From the human T2T-CHM13v2.0 reference genome, Homo sapiens: 64,000 nt of DNA. Where the stretch lies: assembly GCF_009914755.1 (NCBI RefSeq), contig NC_060938.1; one strand, 5' to 3'. The notes below the pieces were generated by a model. That model ran no database searches and was not told where the DNA came from. It was given only the letters and a program-made list of their open reading frames with translations. This document shows positions 27,050 to 42,090 of the stretch, piece by piece (position 1 is the stretch's first letter; the number at the start of each line of letters is the position of its first letter). A program made the position numbers and the translations under genes.

Positions 27050-30000
27050 TCAAATTAGAGTTTTATAACTAGAGTGTTAAACGTAATCACCACAGTAACC
27101 ACAAATAAAATAGCTAAATAATATACCAAAAAAATGGAAATGAGAAAGAAGTTTAAGTGTGTCGTCAAGACGAAAAAGAAACGAAGGTAATAAGGGACAA
27201 AAGAGCTACGAGGCTTAGAGAAAACAAATAGCAAATAACAAAATGACGGAAATAAGTTCTTCCTTCTTGGAAACTACTTTAAATGTAAATGGATTAAACT
27301 CTCCAATCAAAAGTGATTGGCAGAGTGGATTTAAAAAGCACGATCCAACTATATGCTGTCCACAAAAGGCTCACTTTCCATCCAAAGACAGAAATAGGCT
27401 GAAAGTGAAGAATGTAAAGATATTCCATGAAAATAATAACCAAAAGAGACCAGTAATAGCTATACTAATATCAGACAAAATAGATTTTAAATCAAAAAAG
27501 CTTATAAGAGACAGAAAAAGACTTATATATTAGTAAACCATTCCATACAGAAAGATGACATAAACAGTTATAAACATTTTCACAACTGGTATATAAAGCA
27601 TCAAATATGTAGAGCAAAAACTGACAAAACTGAAGAAAGAAATAGATCTATAACAATAGTTGGACAATTCAATATCCCATTTTTAATAATGGATAGAACA
27701 ATCAGACGGAAGATAAGTAAGGAAATATAGGACTTGAACAACACAATAAACCAATTAAATCTAATAGACATGTACAGAACACTGTGCCCAATAACAGTAT
27801 ACACATTCTTCTCAAGTGTTCACGAGATATGTTCCAGGATAAAATATATGTTAGACTACAAATTATGCCTTAATTAATTTTAAAAGATAAATATAATACA
27901 AAGTGTCTTCTCTGACCACAACAGAATGAAGTTAGTAATCAGTCACAAAAGGAAAACTGGAAATTTCAAAAATTTGTGGAAATTGAACAACACACTCTTA
28001 AACAGCCAATGGATCAAAGGAAAATAACAAGAGAAGTTAGAAAATACTTAGAGATGAATGAAAACAGAAACAAAACACACCAAAACGTATGTAACACAGC
28101 AAAATCAGTCCTAACAGAGAAATTTATACCTATAAATCTTCCTTTAAAAATTAAGAAAGATCTCATATCAACAACCTAAATTTACAACTTAAGGAACTAG
28201 AAAAATGAAAACAAACTAAGCCCAAAGCTAGCAGAATGAGGAAAATAATAAAGATTTAAAAATTTTTAAAGAAAAATAATAAAGAAAATCAACAAAACCA
28301 AAAGTTAGCTCCTCAAAAAGATCAACAAAATTGACAATTCTTTAGCTAGATAGACAAAAAAAAAAAGGAGGGAGAGCAAGAGCACTCAAATTATTGAAGT
28401 CAGAAATAATTTCTAAATTACTGGGAGTATTACTACAAATTCTACAGAAATAAATAGGATTGTAAGAGAGCACTATGAATAATTGTACATCAACAAGTTA
28501 GATAACCTAGATGATATAGACAAATGTCTAGAAACCCAAAACCTGACAAGACTAAAATGTGAGAAAATGGAAAATCTGAATAAACGTATAACTGGAAAGG
28601 AGATTTAAGCAGTAATTTAAAATCTTCTGACAAAGAAAAACTCTGGACATGATGGCTTCCTAAGTGAATTCTAAAAAACATTTAAAGATGAACAAATACC
28701 AATTCTTCTCAAACATTACTAAAAAATTGAAGAGAACACTCCCAAACTTATTCTATGAGGCCATCATATGCTGATATCAAAGCCAGACAAAGATACCACA
28801 AGAAAACTACAGACCAAGATTCCTTAGAAAATTATGCAAATTTCCTCAACAAAATACTAGCAAACTGAATTCAGCAACATATTAAAAGAATTATACAGCA
28901 TAACCAAGTTGTATTTATTCCTGAAATGCAAAGACATTTCAACATATAAAAATCAATCAATATAATACACCACACTAACTAAAAGGGGGAAAAAAAGACA
29001 CGGTCATCCTAACTGATATAGAAAAAGCCTTGTATAAAACTGAACACATTTTCATGTTAAAAACACTCAACAAGTCAGAAATTGAAGGAAATTGCCTTAA
29101 TGTAATAAAATCCATATATGAAAAACCCACAGTAAACATCAAATTCAGTAGTGAAGGACTGAAAGCTTTTCCTCTAAGATCAGGAGTAAGGTAAGGATGC
29201 TACTGTTACCACTTCTATTCAACATAGTACTGGAAGTCCTAACTAGAACAACTGGGCAAGAAAAAAAGGAATCCAAATTGGAAATAAAGAGGCAAAATTA
29301 TCCCTGTTCACAGATGAATTGTATGTAGAAAACTCTAAAGATTCCACCAAGAAAAATATCTATTATAGCACTAATAACAAATTCAGCAAAGTAACAGGAT
29401 ACAGGGTCAACAAGCAAAAATTAGGGCATTTCTGTACACTGTCATTGAACAATCCAAAAAGGAAATTAAGAAAATAATTTCATTAATGGCATCAAAAAGA
29501 GTAAAATTCTTAAGAATTAACTTAACCAAAGGATAAAAGATATGTACAATGAAAACTATAAAATATTGCTGAAAGGAATTAAAGAAGACATAAATAAGTG
29601 GAAAAACATCCCATGTTCATGGATTGGAAGGCTTAATGTTGTCAGGATGTCAGTACTACTCAAAATAATCTACAGATTCAAGGCAATCCTGATCAAAATC
29701 CCATTAATGTTTTTGCAGAAATAGAAAAAGTCATCCTACAATTTATGTGGAAGTTCAAGGGATCCCTAATAGCCAAAGCAATCCTGAAAGGAAAAAAAAG
29801 AACAACAAAGATGGAGGAATAACACTTCTTGATTTCAAAATTTGATACAAAGCTATAGTAATCAGAACAGAGTGGTACTGACATAAAGACAGACATGTAG
29901 ACCAATGGAATAGAACAAAGAGTCCAAAAGCTTTGCATATATGGTCAAATTATTTTCTACAAGGATGCCAAGACCACTCAATGGGGTAAAGGCAGTCTTT

Positions 30001-30970
30001 TCAACAAGTGATGCTAGGAGAACTAGATACACACATGCAAAAGAATGAAGTTGAACCCTTACCTGAAACCACATACAAAAATTAACTCAAAATGGATTAA
30101 AGCCCTAAACATAAGACCTAAAATTATGAAACTCCTAGAAAAAACATAGGGCAAAATCTTCATAACATTGGATTTGGCAGTAATTTTTTGGATGTCATAC
30201 CAAAAGTACAGGCAACAAAAGAAAAAAATAGAAAAAATTGACTTTATGAAAATTGAAAAATTTTATGCATCAAAAGACATAATCAACAGAGTAAAAAGAA
30301 AATCTACATTACAGAGAAAATACACAAAACTCTTTAAACTCAACACCAAAAAACAAACAACCTGATTCAAAATTGAGCAAGGATTTGAATAGACATTTCT
30401 CTAAGAAGTCCACAAATGGCCAATAAGCACAGGGAAAGATGTTCAGCATCACTAATCATTAGAGAAATGCAAGTCAAAGACCTCACACCCATTAGGATGG
30501 CTATTTAAAAAAAAAAAAAAAAAAAAAAAAACAGAAAATAAAAGTGTTGACAAGGATATAGAGTGATTAGAGCCTTTGTACACTGTTGGTGGGAATGCAA
30601 AATTATATAGCCACTGTGGAAAATAATATAGCTGTCCCTCAAAACATTAATAATAGAATTACCATTTGATCCAGCAATTCCACTTCTGGGTATATACCCA
30701 AAATAATTGGAAGTAGGTTCTCACAGAGATATTTTTACAGCCATACAAATAGTACCATTATTCACAATAGCTAAAACATGGTAGCAACTCAAGTGTTCAT
30801 TGATTAATGAATGAATGAATGAATGAATGAATGAGCAAAATGCATTTTATATATTACTGGAATATTGTTTGACTTTTTAAAGAAAATAAATTCTGACATA
30901 CGCCACAGCATGGATGAAGCTTGAGTGCATTGTACTAAGTGAAATAAACCAATCACACAAAGCCAGTCAC
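27050..30970 (+). mobile_element. L1M (L1MA/MB-type) with near-complete degenerate ORF2 and 3' region
   Basis: ORF remnants LNVNGLNSPIK (EN), [22 protein letters not shown], and C-terminal domain; (GAAT)n at ~30808. Confidence 0.9.
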
Positions 30971-31482
30971 AGACCATACCTTAGGAGTAAGGGGAAACTG
31001 AAATAGGCCAAACCTAACAGAGCTTAAAACTAATGCTCAGCAAGATCAAGGTGGCCTGTTACTCTGCATGCCAGAAGAAAAAGTTAGCTCTCTCAGGAGG
31101 AAAATAACGTTGTCCATAGTCTCTTCATATTTACACTTATAAGGGCTGACATCCAAACAAAAATTATGAAGCATGCTGAAAAGTGGGGCAGGGTTCTGGG
31201 AGGGTAACAAAATGGCTAAAAACCAAGAGATGAAAACAAACAATAGAAACAGACCCACAGGTGATTTAGATAGTTGATCTATCAGTGAAGAAATTTTAAA
31301 ATAACTATGATTACTATGTTCAAGAAAACAGATAAATTCACTAAGGACTTGGAGTTTATAATCTTACAATATTCTAATGGGAATTCTAAAAATGAAAAAT
31401 ATTAGAAGAAAAAATTAATAGATGGTAGTAGGAGCAAAAGGAAAGAGAAAATCCAGATTGAATCACAGAAATAAAAAATCTA

Positions 31483-31790
31483 ATGAGATTGGAGACTATT
31501 ATTCTAAGTGAAGTAACTAAGGAATGGAAAACCAAATATCATAGGTTCTCACTGATATGTGGGAGCTGAGCTATGAGGATGCAAAGGCATAGGAATGATA
31601 CAATGGACTTTGGGTACGTGGGGGTAAGAGTGGGAGGGGGACAAGGGATAAAAGACTACAAATGTGATACAATATATACTGCTCAGGTGATGGGTGCACC
31701 AAAATCTCACAAATCACCACGAAAGAACTTAGTCATGTAACCAAATAAAAACTGTACCTCAATAACTTATGGAAGAATAAAAAATAAAAA
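31483..31790 (+). mobile_element. L1PB-type 3' end, 5'-truncated
   Basis: GAGCTATGAGGATGCAAAGGCATA, GGTGATGGGTGCACCAAAATCTCACAAATCACCAC, A-rich tail; TSD-like AAAAA(T/A)CTAATG on both sides. Confidence 0.85.
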
Positions 31791-32265
31791 AACTAATGGA
31801 GAGAGTGTCTCATACACACAGAACAGACTGCAGCCTCAAGATATTCATAACCAGAGATGATTGAAACTAACTAGACCAACAACCCGCAACTGACCCAGTT
31901 CCTAATCAGTTCTTAATCCTATCTTCTTTGTGGCCTTGTCAAAAATTAGTTGATTGTACATGCTTAGGTTTATTTCTGGGCTCTCTATTCTATTCCATTG
32001 GTCTGTATGTGTTTTTTATACCAGTATTATACTGTTTTGATACTATTGCTTTGTAATATAATTTAAAATCAGGAAGTATGATGCCTCTGGCTCTGTTTTT
32101 CTTTATATATATACACACACACACACATACACACATATATGAAAAGAATATGTATACACACAGTTTTTTAGTTTTAATTGACAAATAATGATGGTGTATA
32201 TTAATGGAGTACAATGTGATATTTTGTGACACGTATACATTGTGAAATGATAAAAATCAGGCTAA

Positions 32266-32710
<445 letters not shown>

Positions 32711-32899
32711 ATTATCTTTCATTCTGTTAACGTGGTATATCACATTGATTGTTTTGCACATGTTAAAACAATTTTGCATCCCATGAAAGATCCCACTTGG
32801 TCATGGTATATACTCTTTTTGATGTGTTGTCGAATTTGGTTGGCTAGTATTTCATTGAGGAATTTTGCATCTATGTTCATCAGAGATATTGGAATGAGA

Positions 32900-33990
32900 A
32901 AGACAATCACTAACACTGAAATGATATCGATGTTGGGATTCTCCAACAAGGATTTAAAGTGGTTCATCATAATGTGCAATTATAAACATGCTTGAAACAG
33001 ATGAAAACATATAAAGTCTCAACAAAGAAATAGAAAATATAAAGAAGAACCAAATGGAAATTCAAGGATTAGAAAGTATAATAAGCCAAAATGTAAGAAC
33101 TCACTGAATGGGATCAACAGCATAATAGAGAGGACAGAGGGAAAAAAATCAGTGAACTTGAAGATAGAATAGAAATCAGTAAATCTTAACAGAGAGAAAA
33201 TGGAATGAAAAATATGAATAGAACTTCAAGGACCTATGCAATGATAACAGAAGGTCTAATGGTCTAAGCGTTAGAGTTCCAGAAGAAAAAAAGAAAGAGG
33301 ATGGGGCTAAAAACTATTGGAAGAAATAATGATGGAAACTTTCTCAAATTTGGCAAGAAACATAAATCTACAAATTAAAGGAGATCAAACTCCATACAGG
33401 ATAAATGCAGAAAAATCCACACCAAAATGCATCATAATCAAACTTCAGAAAACTAACAACAAAGAAAAAAATCTTCACACACTGAGAAATGACACATAAC
33501 CTACAGGGGAAAACCATTCGAATGACAGTGGATTTTTCATCAGAAACCATGGAGGCTATAAGGAAGTTATGTGATATTTTTCAAGAGAAAATAACTGTCA
33601 ACCTTTAATTCTACATGGAGCAAAACTGTCCTTTAGGAATGAAAGAGAAACAAAACATTGTAACATGAAAGAAAACTAAGAGAATTTGATGCCAGAAGAT
33701 CAACCCTAATGGGCTGGCCAAAGGAAGTTCTTGAAACAGAAAGTGATAAAAGAAGTAACCTTGGAACATCGGGGGGAGAAAAGGGAAGAATATAAGGAGC
33801 AAAAAATGGGTAAACACAAAAGAGTTTCCTTCTCTTTTGAGTTTTCTAATTTATATTTGATAGTCAAACCAAAAAGTATAACAGTGCCTGATGCAGACAT
33901 CAATGAATAGAGAGAAAATGTTAAGGCAATTCTATTATAAACAGGGGAGGTAAAGAATGCAAAGGGAAGAAGGTTTTACATTTCACTCAA
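32900..33990 (+). mobile_element. Old L1M ORF1 region
   Basis: ORF1-like EEIMMETFSNLARNINLQI..TP.RIN..KSTPK.IIIKL. Confidence 0.8.
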
Positions 33991-34555
33991 GCTAGTAAAA
34001 TGTTGGCTCCGACAGATCTTTGTGGTATGAAATAGGTCTGTAACTTGATTGCAGTAGTGGTTACATGAATCTACATATGCCATAAAATGGTATAGAGCTA
34101 TACACACACATGACACCAAATGTCAGTATCTTGGTTTTGATTTTGCACTATAATTATATAAAGTGTAACTATTGAAGAAATTGGATAAAGAGTGCATGGA
34201 TCTCTCTGTGCTATCTTTGCAACTTACAGTAAATCTATAATTATTTCAAAATAAAAAGGTTTTTTTTAAAATATGAGGTAAAATAAAGACATTTTTAGAA
34301 AAAACAAAATCTAAATCATCACCAACAAACCAGCAATACAAGAAATACTTAAGCAAATTAATAGCCCCAGATGGGAACACAGAATCATGAAAAAGAATGA
34401 AGAGTATGGGAAAGAGTTAATAAGTGGGTAAATATGTATTTACATTATTTATAAATAATGTATGTCAACTATTTGAGACAAAAATATTAAGGTGCTATGT
34501 GATCATAAAAATGAAGCAAAAATATATGAAAATTAACATAAAGAGCAGAAGGGGA

Positions 34556-34722
34556 GCCAGGCACCGTGCACTCACCTGTATTCCCAGCTATTTGGGAGGC
34601 TGAGGCAGGAGGATAGCATAAGCCCAGGAGTTCCAGGCTATAGTGTGCTATGATCATGTCTGTGAATAGCCTCTGCACTCCAGCCTGGACAATGTAGTGA
34701 GACTCCATCTCTTTAAAAAAAA
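34556..34722 (+). mobile_element. FAM (fossil Alu monomer)
   Basis: Monomer retaining the 7SL-like GCTATGATC..GTCTGTGAATAGCC.CTGCACTCCAGCC segment; short A tail. Confidence 0.8.
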
Positions 34723-34989
34723 GTGAAAGGGGATAAATAAAGTTAAATTTTTGTAAGATTCTCGCACTCTTTGGGAAGTGATAAAAGCACTAACTTAAGG
34801 TAAACTATAATAAGTCAAGAATGCACATTGAAATCTTTTGTCTTTGGAATCCACTAAAAATGATATAAAAATGTCTGCCTAAAGATCTGATAGATCTAAT
34901 GTACTGATTACTTCTATCTGATTACTTCTAAATAAGACAGGAAAAGTCAAATAAGGAACAAATAACAGCTGGAACACACAGAAGACATA

Positions 34990-36740
34990 GTAGTAGAATG
35001 GTAGACTTAAACCCAACTACATCAGTTAATTTTTATTAAATGTAATGAAATAAACATTGTCTGGATAAAAATCAACACCCAACTGCATGCTGTTTACCAT
35101 GTCCGCACTTTATATATAAGGACTGAATGACACAGAAAGGTTGAAAGTGAAAGGATGGGAGAAGAAAAACCATGCTGTTGCTAACCAAAAGGAAACTGGA
35201 ATGACTACAATATCACAGCACAAAGTTAACATTAAGGCCAGAAGTATTACTAGAAACAAAGGTATTCCATGATTATTAAAGAATCGATTCAACAGGAAAA
35301 CATTAAAAATTCTAAAATAGGTCAAAGAAGAAATAGCAGGGGAAATTATAAAATACTTTGAAATGAAAATGAAGATACAACATACCAAACTCATGGGGTG
35401 CTTAGAGGAAAATGTATAGCTCTAAATCTATTTATAAAAAGAAAAAAGAAGTCAAATAACCTGCCACCTTAAGACACTGAAAAAAGAAACACAAACTAAG
35501 CCTAGAGCAAGCAGAAGAAAGACAATAAAGATTAAAGAAGAAACTAATGAAATGGAGATAGAAAATCAATAGAAAAAATATCAACAAAACCAAAAGTTAG
35601 TTCTTTGAAAAGATTAATAAAATTGGCAAATTCTTACTCGACTAGCCAAAGAAGGGATAAATTTCAAATTACTAAAATCAGAAATGAAAGAGAGTGCATG
35701 ACTGTTAGCCTTAGTAGAAGTAAAAGAACTGTAAAGGAATACTACAAAAAACTATATGCCAATAAATTAGACACATTGGATAAAATTGAAATTTTTCTAA
35801 AAAGATGCAGACTAACAAAATAGACTACAGAAGAAATAGAAAATCTGACTAGACCTATAACAAGTTAGGAGATTTAATTAGTCATGAAAAAATGTCACCA
35901 ACAAGGAAAAGCCAAGACTTAGGTGACTTCACTGGTGAATTCCACCAAACATTTAAAGAATTAGTGCCAATTCTTCACAAACTCTTTAGAAAAATAGAAG
36001 AGGAGAGAAAACTACCTAATTCATTCTATGAAATTAATATTCCCCTGATAACCAGAAAAATACATCACAAGATAAACAACTACAGACCCCTATATCTTGT
36101 GACTACAGATGCAAAATCCCTCCACAAAATACTAACAAACAAAATTCATCACCTAAAAAAAGGATCCCACCATAACCAAGTGGGATTTACCACAGGAATG
36201 CAAGGTTGATTTAATTAATTAATTAAGAAATTAATTGATATAAAACACCATATCAATAGAATTTTTAATAACACAAAAACTACAGTATTATCTCAATAGA
36301 TGCAGGAAGACTGTTTGACAAAAATCCAGCACCCTTTCATGATTAAAAAAACACACACACACACACTTAACAAACTAGGAATAGAAGAGAACGTTTCATA
36401 GATACTCTTTGAGGGGTCCTCAATCTGACAAGCATCTATGAAAGCATCTATGAAAAACCCAACTCATACTATTGGCTAATATCACACTGAATGGTGAAAG
36501 GCTGGATGCTTTTCCCTAAGATCAGAAATGAGACAAGAATATTCACTCTTGTCACTTCTGTTTAACATAGCACAGGACATTGTAGCCAGGGAAACTAGGT
36601 AAGAAAAATAAATAAAAGGCATCCAGATTAGAAAGGAAGAAGTAAAACAATCTCTATTTGCAGATGACATGATCTCATATGTAGAAAATCTAAGGAATTC
36701 ATTGAAAATTTGTCAGAACTAATAAATATCTCCAGCATCT
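34990..36740 (+). mobile_element. L1M ORF2 remnant
   Basis: RT-like GFTGEFHQTFKE.VPILHKLF, NYRP..L...DAK, TCTCTATTTGCAGATGACATGAT (FADD motif). Confidence 0.85.
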
Positions 36741-39712
36741 TTAAGATTAACAGGGTTTAATTTGTGAATTATGTCTTTCATCAATTTTGAAAAAATTATT
36801 GAGCAGTATCACTTCAAACATCACTTCTTCCCCACCCCTCTCTAGGACTTCAACTAAATGTCATACCTTTCATTCTTTCTCACGTGCTTCTAATGTTCCT
36901 TCTATATTTTCCTCTTTTTTTCCCTCTATATGTTTCAATTTTAATACATTCTATTGGTCTGTTATCTATTTCATTAATTCTGTCATTGGCTTTGTCTAAT
37001 TCTTTGTTAAATCCTTCTAGAGAGTTCTTATATTTCAGGTACTGTATTTTTTATTTATAGAATGCTTGTTTGATTCTTTTTATGGATTTCAATTCTCTCT
37101 TGAAATTCACCAACTTTTCACGGGTTTTCTCCATCTTCTTTCTGTTTTCTTGAGCATATTAATCATGGTTACCTTAAAACTGCTATCTGCTACCTCCAGT
37201 ATCTAGATCAATTTTGATTCATTTTTTGTTGGGTTTTTGTCTTGGATCTCAGTTATTTATAATAGCTCTCTATTATAAATAATGTCCTCATCATTATACC
37301 TATACATGCCTATCATGTTTGGGCATTTGGGGTGGTCCTAGTTGGCTTGCTTCCACAGGGGTGACTTCTCCCTTTCTGCTTGATTTGCACCAAAGATGAG
37401 TCTTAGTTGCTGTCTAGTGCACAAGCAGTTTTTTCTGGCACCACTCTTCTCTTCTAAGACTGATTGTGGGAGGAGACTAGTGGCATGAACCAGATACAGT
37501 CAGGGGTCAGATGAATGACTGACCAGGAGGGTCTTCATCTAGAGACCATTCTCAGGATTTGGAAGATTGCTCCCCCTTTCTTATACGTGCATCTAGTCCG
37601 CATCAGTTTCCAAGTGTTTCTTTCATAAGACAATGCCAGGTGGCATTGTCTCCTGGAAATCCCTGGGTTGGAAATCCCCAGGTCAGGCTGCATCATGTTG
37701 CTAAGTGACATGTATTAGCCCTGTGAGATGCTTAAGTGGGCCTTATGGCTACCATTAATCTGATAGCCATGATATGCCTCTTACAGTATACTATAATCTT
37801 TGTTTAATATGATCTTATTTTTCTAGTTTAAGGTGGAAGAAGAGGTTATTGATTTGAGAATTATCACTGGTAATTTATGTTTATTGCTACAATTCCCCAC
37901 CCCCACTGTGGTGCTTTTACAGCATCCCACAAATCTAATATGTTGTGTTTTTATTTGCATTAAGTTTCCAATATTTTCTAATGTCTGTTTTGATACCTTC
38001 TTTGATCTATGAATTATTTACAAGTATGTTGTTTAGTTTCCAATTATAAGGGGGTTTTCCAAGGATTCTTCTGCTACTGATTTCTAGTTTAATTCCACTG
38101 TGGTGAAACAGCACACAGACATTTCGCATTTCATTGCACTTTGCTTCATTGAGATTCACAGATCTTGTGTTGTTTACAAATTGAAGGTTTGTGGCAACCC
38201 TGCATCAAGCAACTCTATCAGCACAATTTTTCCAACTGCATGTGCTTGCTTCAAGTCTCTGTGTCACATTTCAGTAATCCTCACAATATTTCAGAATTTT
38301 TCATTATTATTATATCTATTTTGTTGACCTGTAATCAGCGATCTTTTATGTTACCATTTTAATTATTTTGGGGGCACCACAAACTGCATCCGTGTAAAAC
38401 AGCGAACTTAATCGATAACTGTTGCGTGTTCTGACTGCTCCACCGACCAGCCATACTCCCATCTCTCCCCCTCTCCTTGTGTCGCTCTATTCCCTGAGAC
38501 ACAACAGTATTGAAATTCAGTCAATTAATAACCCTACAATGGCCTTTAAGTGTTCAAGGGACAGAAAGAATCACACATCTCTCATTTTAAATCAAAAGCT
38601 AGAAATAATTAAGCTTAGTGAGGAAGATATGTCAAAAACCGAGATAGGCTGAAACTTAGGCTCTTGCATCAGAAACAGCCAAGTTGTGGAGGCAAAGGAA
38701 AAGCTCATGAAAGAAACTGAAAGTGCTACTCCAGTGAACACACAAAGGATAAGACAGTGAAACAGGCTTATTGCTGATATGAAGAAAGTTTTAGTGTTGT
38801 GAGTAAATAAAACCAGCCACAACATTCCCTTAAGACAAAGCCTAATCCAGAGCAAAGCCCTACCTCTCTTCAATTTTATGAAGGCTGAGAGAGGTGAGGA
38901 AGCAGCAGAAGACAAGTTGGAAACCAGCAGAGGTTGGTTCATGAGGTATAAGGAAAGAAGCCATCTCCATAACATAAAAGTGCAAAGTGAGGCAGCAAGT
39001 GCTGATGTAGAAGCTGCAGCAAGTTATTCAGAAGACCTAGCTAAGATCATTAATGAAGGCAGCTAGATTAAACAACAGATTTTCAATGTAAATGAAACGG
39101 CCTTATATTGGCAGAAGATGCCATCTAGAACTTTCATAGCTACAGAAGAGAAGTCAATGCTGGCTTGAAACATCAAAGGACACGCTGACACTCTTGGCAG
39201 GGGCTAATGCAGCTGGTGACTTTGAGTTGAATCCGGTGTTCATTTACCATTCTGCAAATCCTAGGGAATTATGCTAAATCTACTCTGCATGTGTTCTCTA
39301 GATGGAACAACAAAACCTGGATGACAGCACGTTTACAGCATGGCTTACTGAATACTTTAAAGCCACTCTTGAGACCCATGCTCAAATTTCTCTCAAAATA
39401 TTACTGTTCATGACAGTGCCTGTAGTCAACCAACAGCTCTGATGGAGGTGTACAAGGAGATTAATGTTTTTATGCCTGCTAGGACAACGTCCATTCTGCA
39501 GCCCATGAGTCAAAGCGTAATTCTGACTTTCAAGTCTTGTTATTTAAGAAACACGTTTCATAACACTATAGCTGCCGTAGGTATGCTTCCCCTGATGGAG
39601 CTAGGCAAAGTAAATTGAAAACTTTCTGGAAAGAATTCACAATTCTAGATGCCATTAAGAACATTTGTGATTCATGGGAAGAGGTCAAAATAGCAGCATT
39701 AACAGGAGTTTG

Positions 39713-39999
39713 GGCGGGCACAGTGGCTCGTGCTTGTAATCCCAGCATTTTGGGAGGCTGAGGAGGGCGGATGGCTTGAGTCCAGGAGTTTGAGACCAGC
39801 CTGGACAACATGGTAAAACCCCATCTCTACTAAAAATGCAAAAATTAGCTGGCTATGGTGCCGTGCACCTGTAGTCCCAGCTACTTTGGGGGCTGAGATG
39901 GGAGGATTACCTGAGCCCAGAAGTCGAGGCTGCAGTGAGCCAAGATCACACCACTGACCTCCAGCCTGGGTGACAAAGTGAGACCTTGTCTCAAAATAA
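39713..39999 (+). mobile_element. Alu (J/old S) inside Tigger1
   Basis: TSD AACA(G/A)GAGTTTG at 39701-39712 and 40000-40011. Confidence 0.93.
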
Positions 40000-40448
40000 A
40001 ACAAGAGTTTGGAAGACGTTGGTCCCGACCCTCATGGATAACTTTGAGGGGTTCGAGACATCAGTAGAGGAAGGAACTGCAGATATGATAGAAATAGCAA
40101 GAGAACCAGAATTATAAGTGGAGCCTAAAGATGTGACTGGATTGCTACGATCTCATGAGAAAACTTGAACAGATGAGGAGTTGGTTCTTATGGCTGAGCA
40201 AATAAAGTGGTTTCTTGAAATGGAATAACTCCTGGTGAAGATGCTGTGAACACTGTTGAAATGACAACAGAGGATTTAGAATATTCCATAAACCCAGTTG
40301 ATAAAACAGTGGCAGGCTTTGAGAGGACTGACTCCAATTTTGAAAGTTCTACTGTGGGTAAAATGCTGCCAAATAGCATCACAAGCTACAGAGAAATCTT
40401 TCATGAAAGGAAAAGTCCATCAATGTGACAAACTTCATTCTTGTTTCA

Positions 40449-40759
<311 letters not shown>

Positions 40760-41476
40760 AAGAAATTGCCACAACCACTGCCAGTAACCACCACCCTGAT
40801 CAGTCAACAGCCATCAACATCAAGGTAAGATCCTCCACCAGCAAAAAGACTATGACTTGCTGAAGGCTCAGATGATAGTTAGCATTTTTAGCAATGAAGT
40901 ATTTTGAATTAAGATATGTACATTGCTTTTTAGATATCATGCTATTGCACACTTGAAAGCTACAGAATAGGGTAAACATACTTTTATTTGTTCAGGGAAA
41001 CCAAAAAAATCATGTGACTCACTTTATTGCAATATCCATTTTATTGTGGTGATCTGGAACCAAACCCACAATACCTCAGAGGTATGCCTGTATTGATATG
41101 ACTTGAATCATTTTAAATATGTTGAGATTTGTTTTATAGCTCACAATATAGTCAAATATGGTAAACATTCTGTATTTTTAAAAAAGTGTGTCCTCCTGTT
41201 GTTGAGTAGAGTGTCCTATAAATGTCAATTAGTTCAAGTTATCAATAGCATTGTTCAAGTTTTCATATTCATACTGACTTTCTATCTAATTGCTCTCAAA
41301 AATTATTGAAAAAGAGGTATTGAAATCTCTGATTTTCACTGTGTCTATTTCTCCTTCTGGTTCTATCAGATTTTCTTCATGCATTTTAGAGCTCTTTTGT
41401 TAGGTGCATTAACATTTAGAATTGTTTTTGTTCTCTTGGTGAATTGAAATCTTTATCATTATGAAATTGGCTTCCT

Positions 41477-41758
41477 AGCCATTTGTGGTGGCCCACACCT
41501 GTAATCCTAGCACTTTGGGAGGCTGGGGTGGGTGGAACACTTTGAGCTCAGGAGTTCAAGGTCAGCCTGGACAACATGGAGAAACCCTGTCTCTACAAAA
41601 AATACAAAAATGAGCCAGGCATGGTGGCTTATGCCTGTGGTCCCAGCTACTCAGGAGGCTAAGGTTGGAGGATCACTTGGCTCGGGAAGCGGAGGTTGCA
41701 GTGAGCCGAGATGGCAACACTGCACTCCAGCCTGGGTGACAGAGCGAGACCCTGTCTC

Positions 41759-41791
<33 letters not shown>

Positions 41792-41815
41792 GAGGAGAGA
41801 GAGAGAGAGAGAAAG
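41477..41815 (+). mobile_element. AluJ-like element with A/(GA)n tail
   Basis: Dimeric Alu, TTTGAGCTCAGGAGTTCAAG. Confidence 0.9.
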
Positions 41816-41970
41816 AAATTAGTGTCCTTATCCTTGGTAAAAATCTTCTGCCTTAAATCTTTTTTTATATTAATCCAGTTATTCCAGGCTTATTTTGAAT
41901 AGTGTTAGCATGGCATACTGCTTTTCATTCTCTTACTTTTCATCTATTTCTGTATTTAAAGTGCATTTTG

Positions 41971-42090
41971 AGCCAGGTGTGGTAGTGCACGCCTGTAGTC
42001 CCAGTACTCAGGAGACTGAAGTGGGAGGATTGTTTGAGTCCAGGAGTTCAAGGCCAGCCTGGGCAACATAGTGAGAACCTGTCTTTAATT
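41971..42090 (+). mobile_element. FLAM (Alu monomer)
   Basis: Single monomer GCCAGGTGTGGT...AGGAGTTCAAGGCCAGCCTGGGCAACATAG. Confidence 0.8.
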
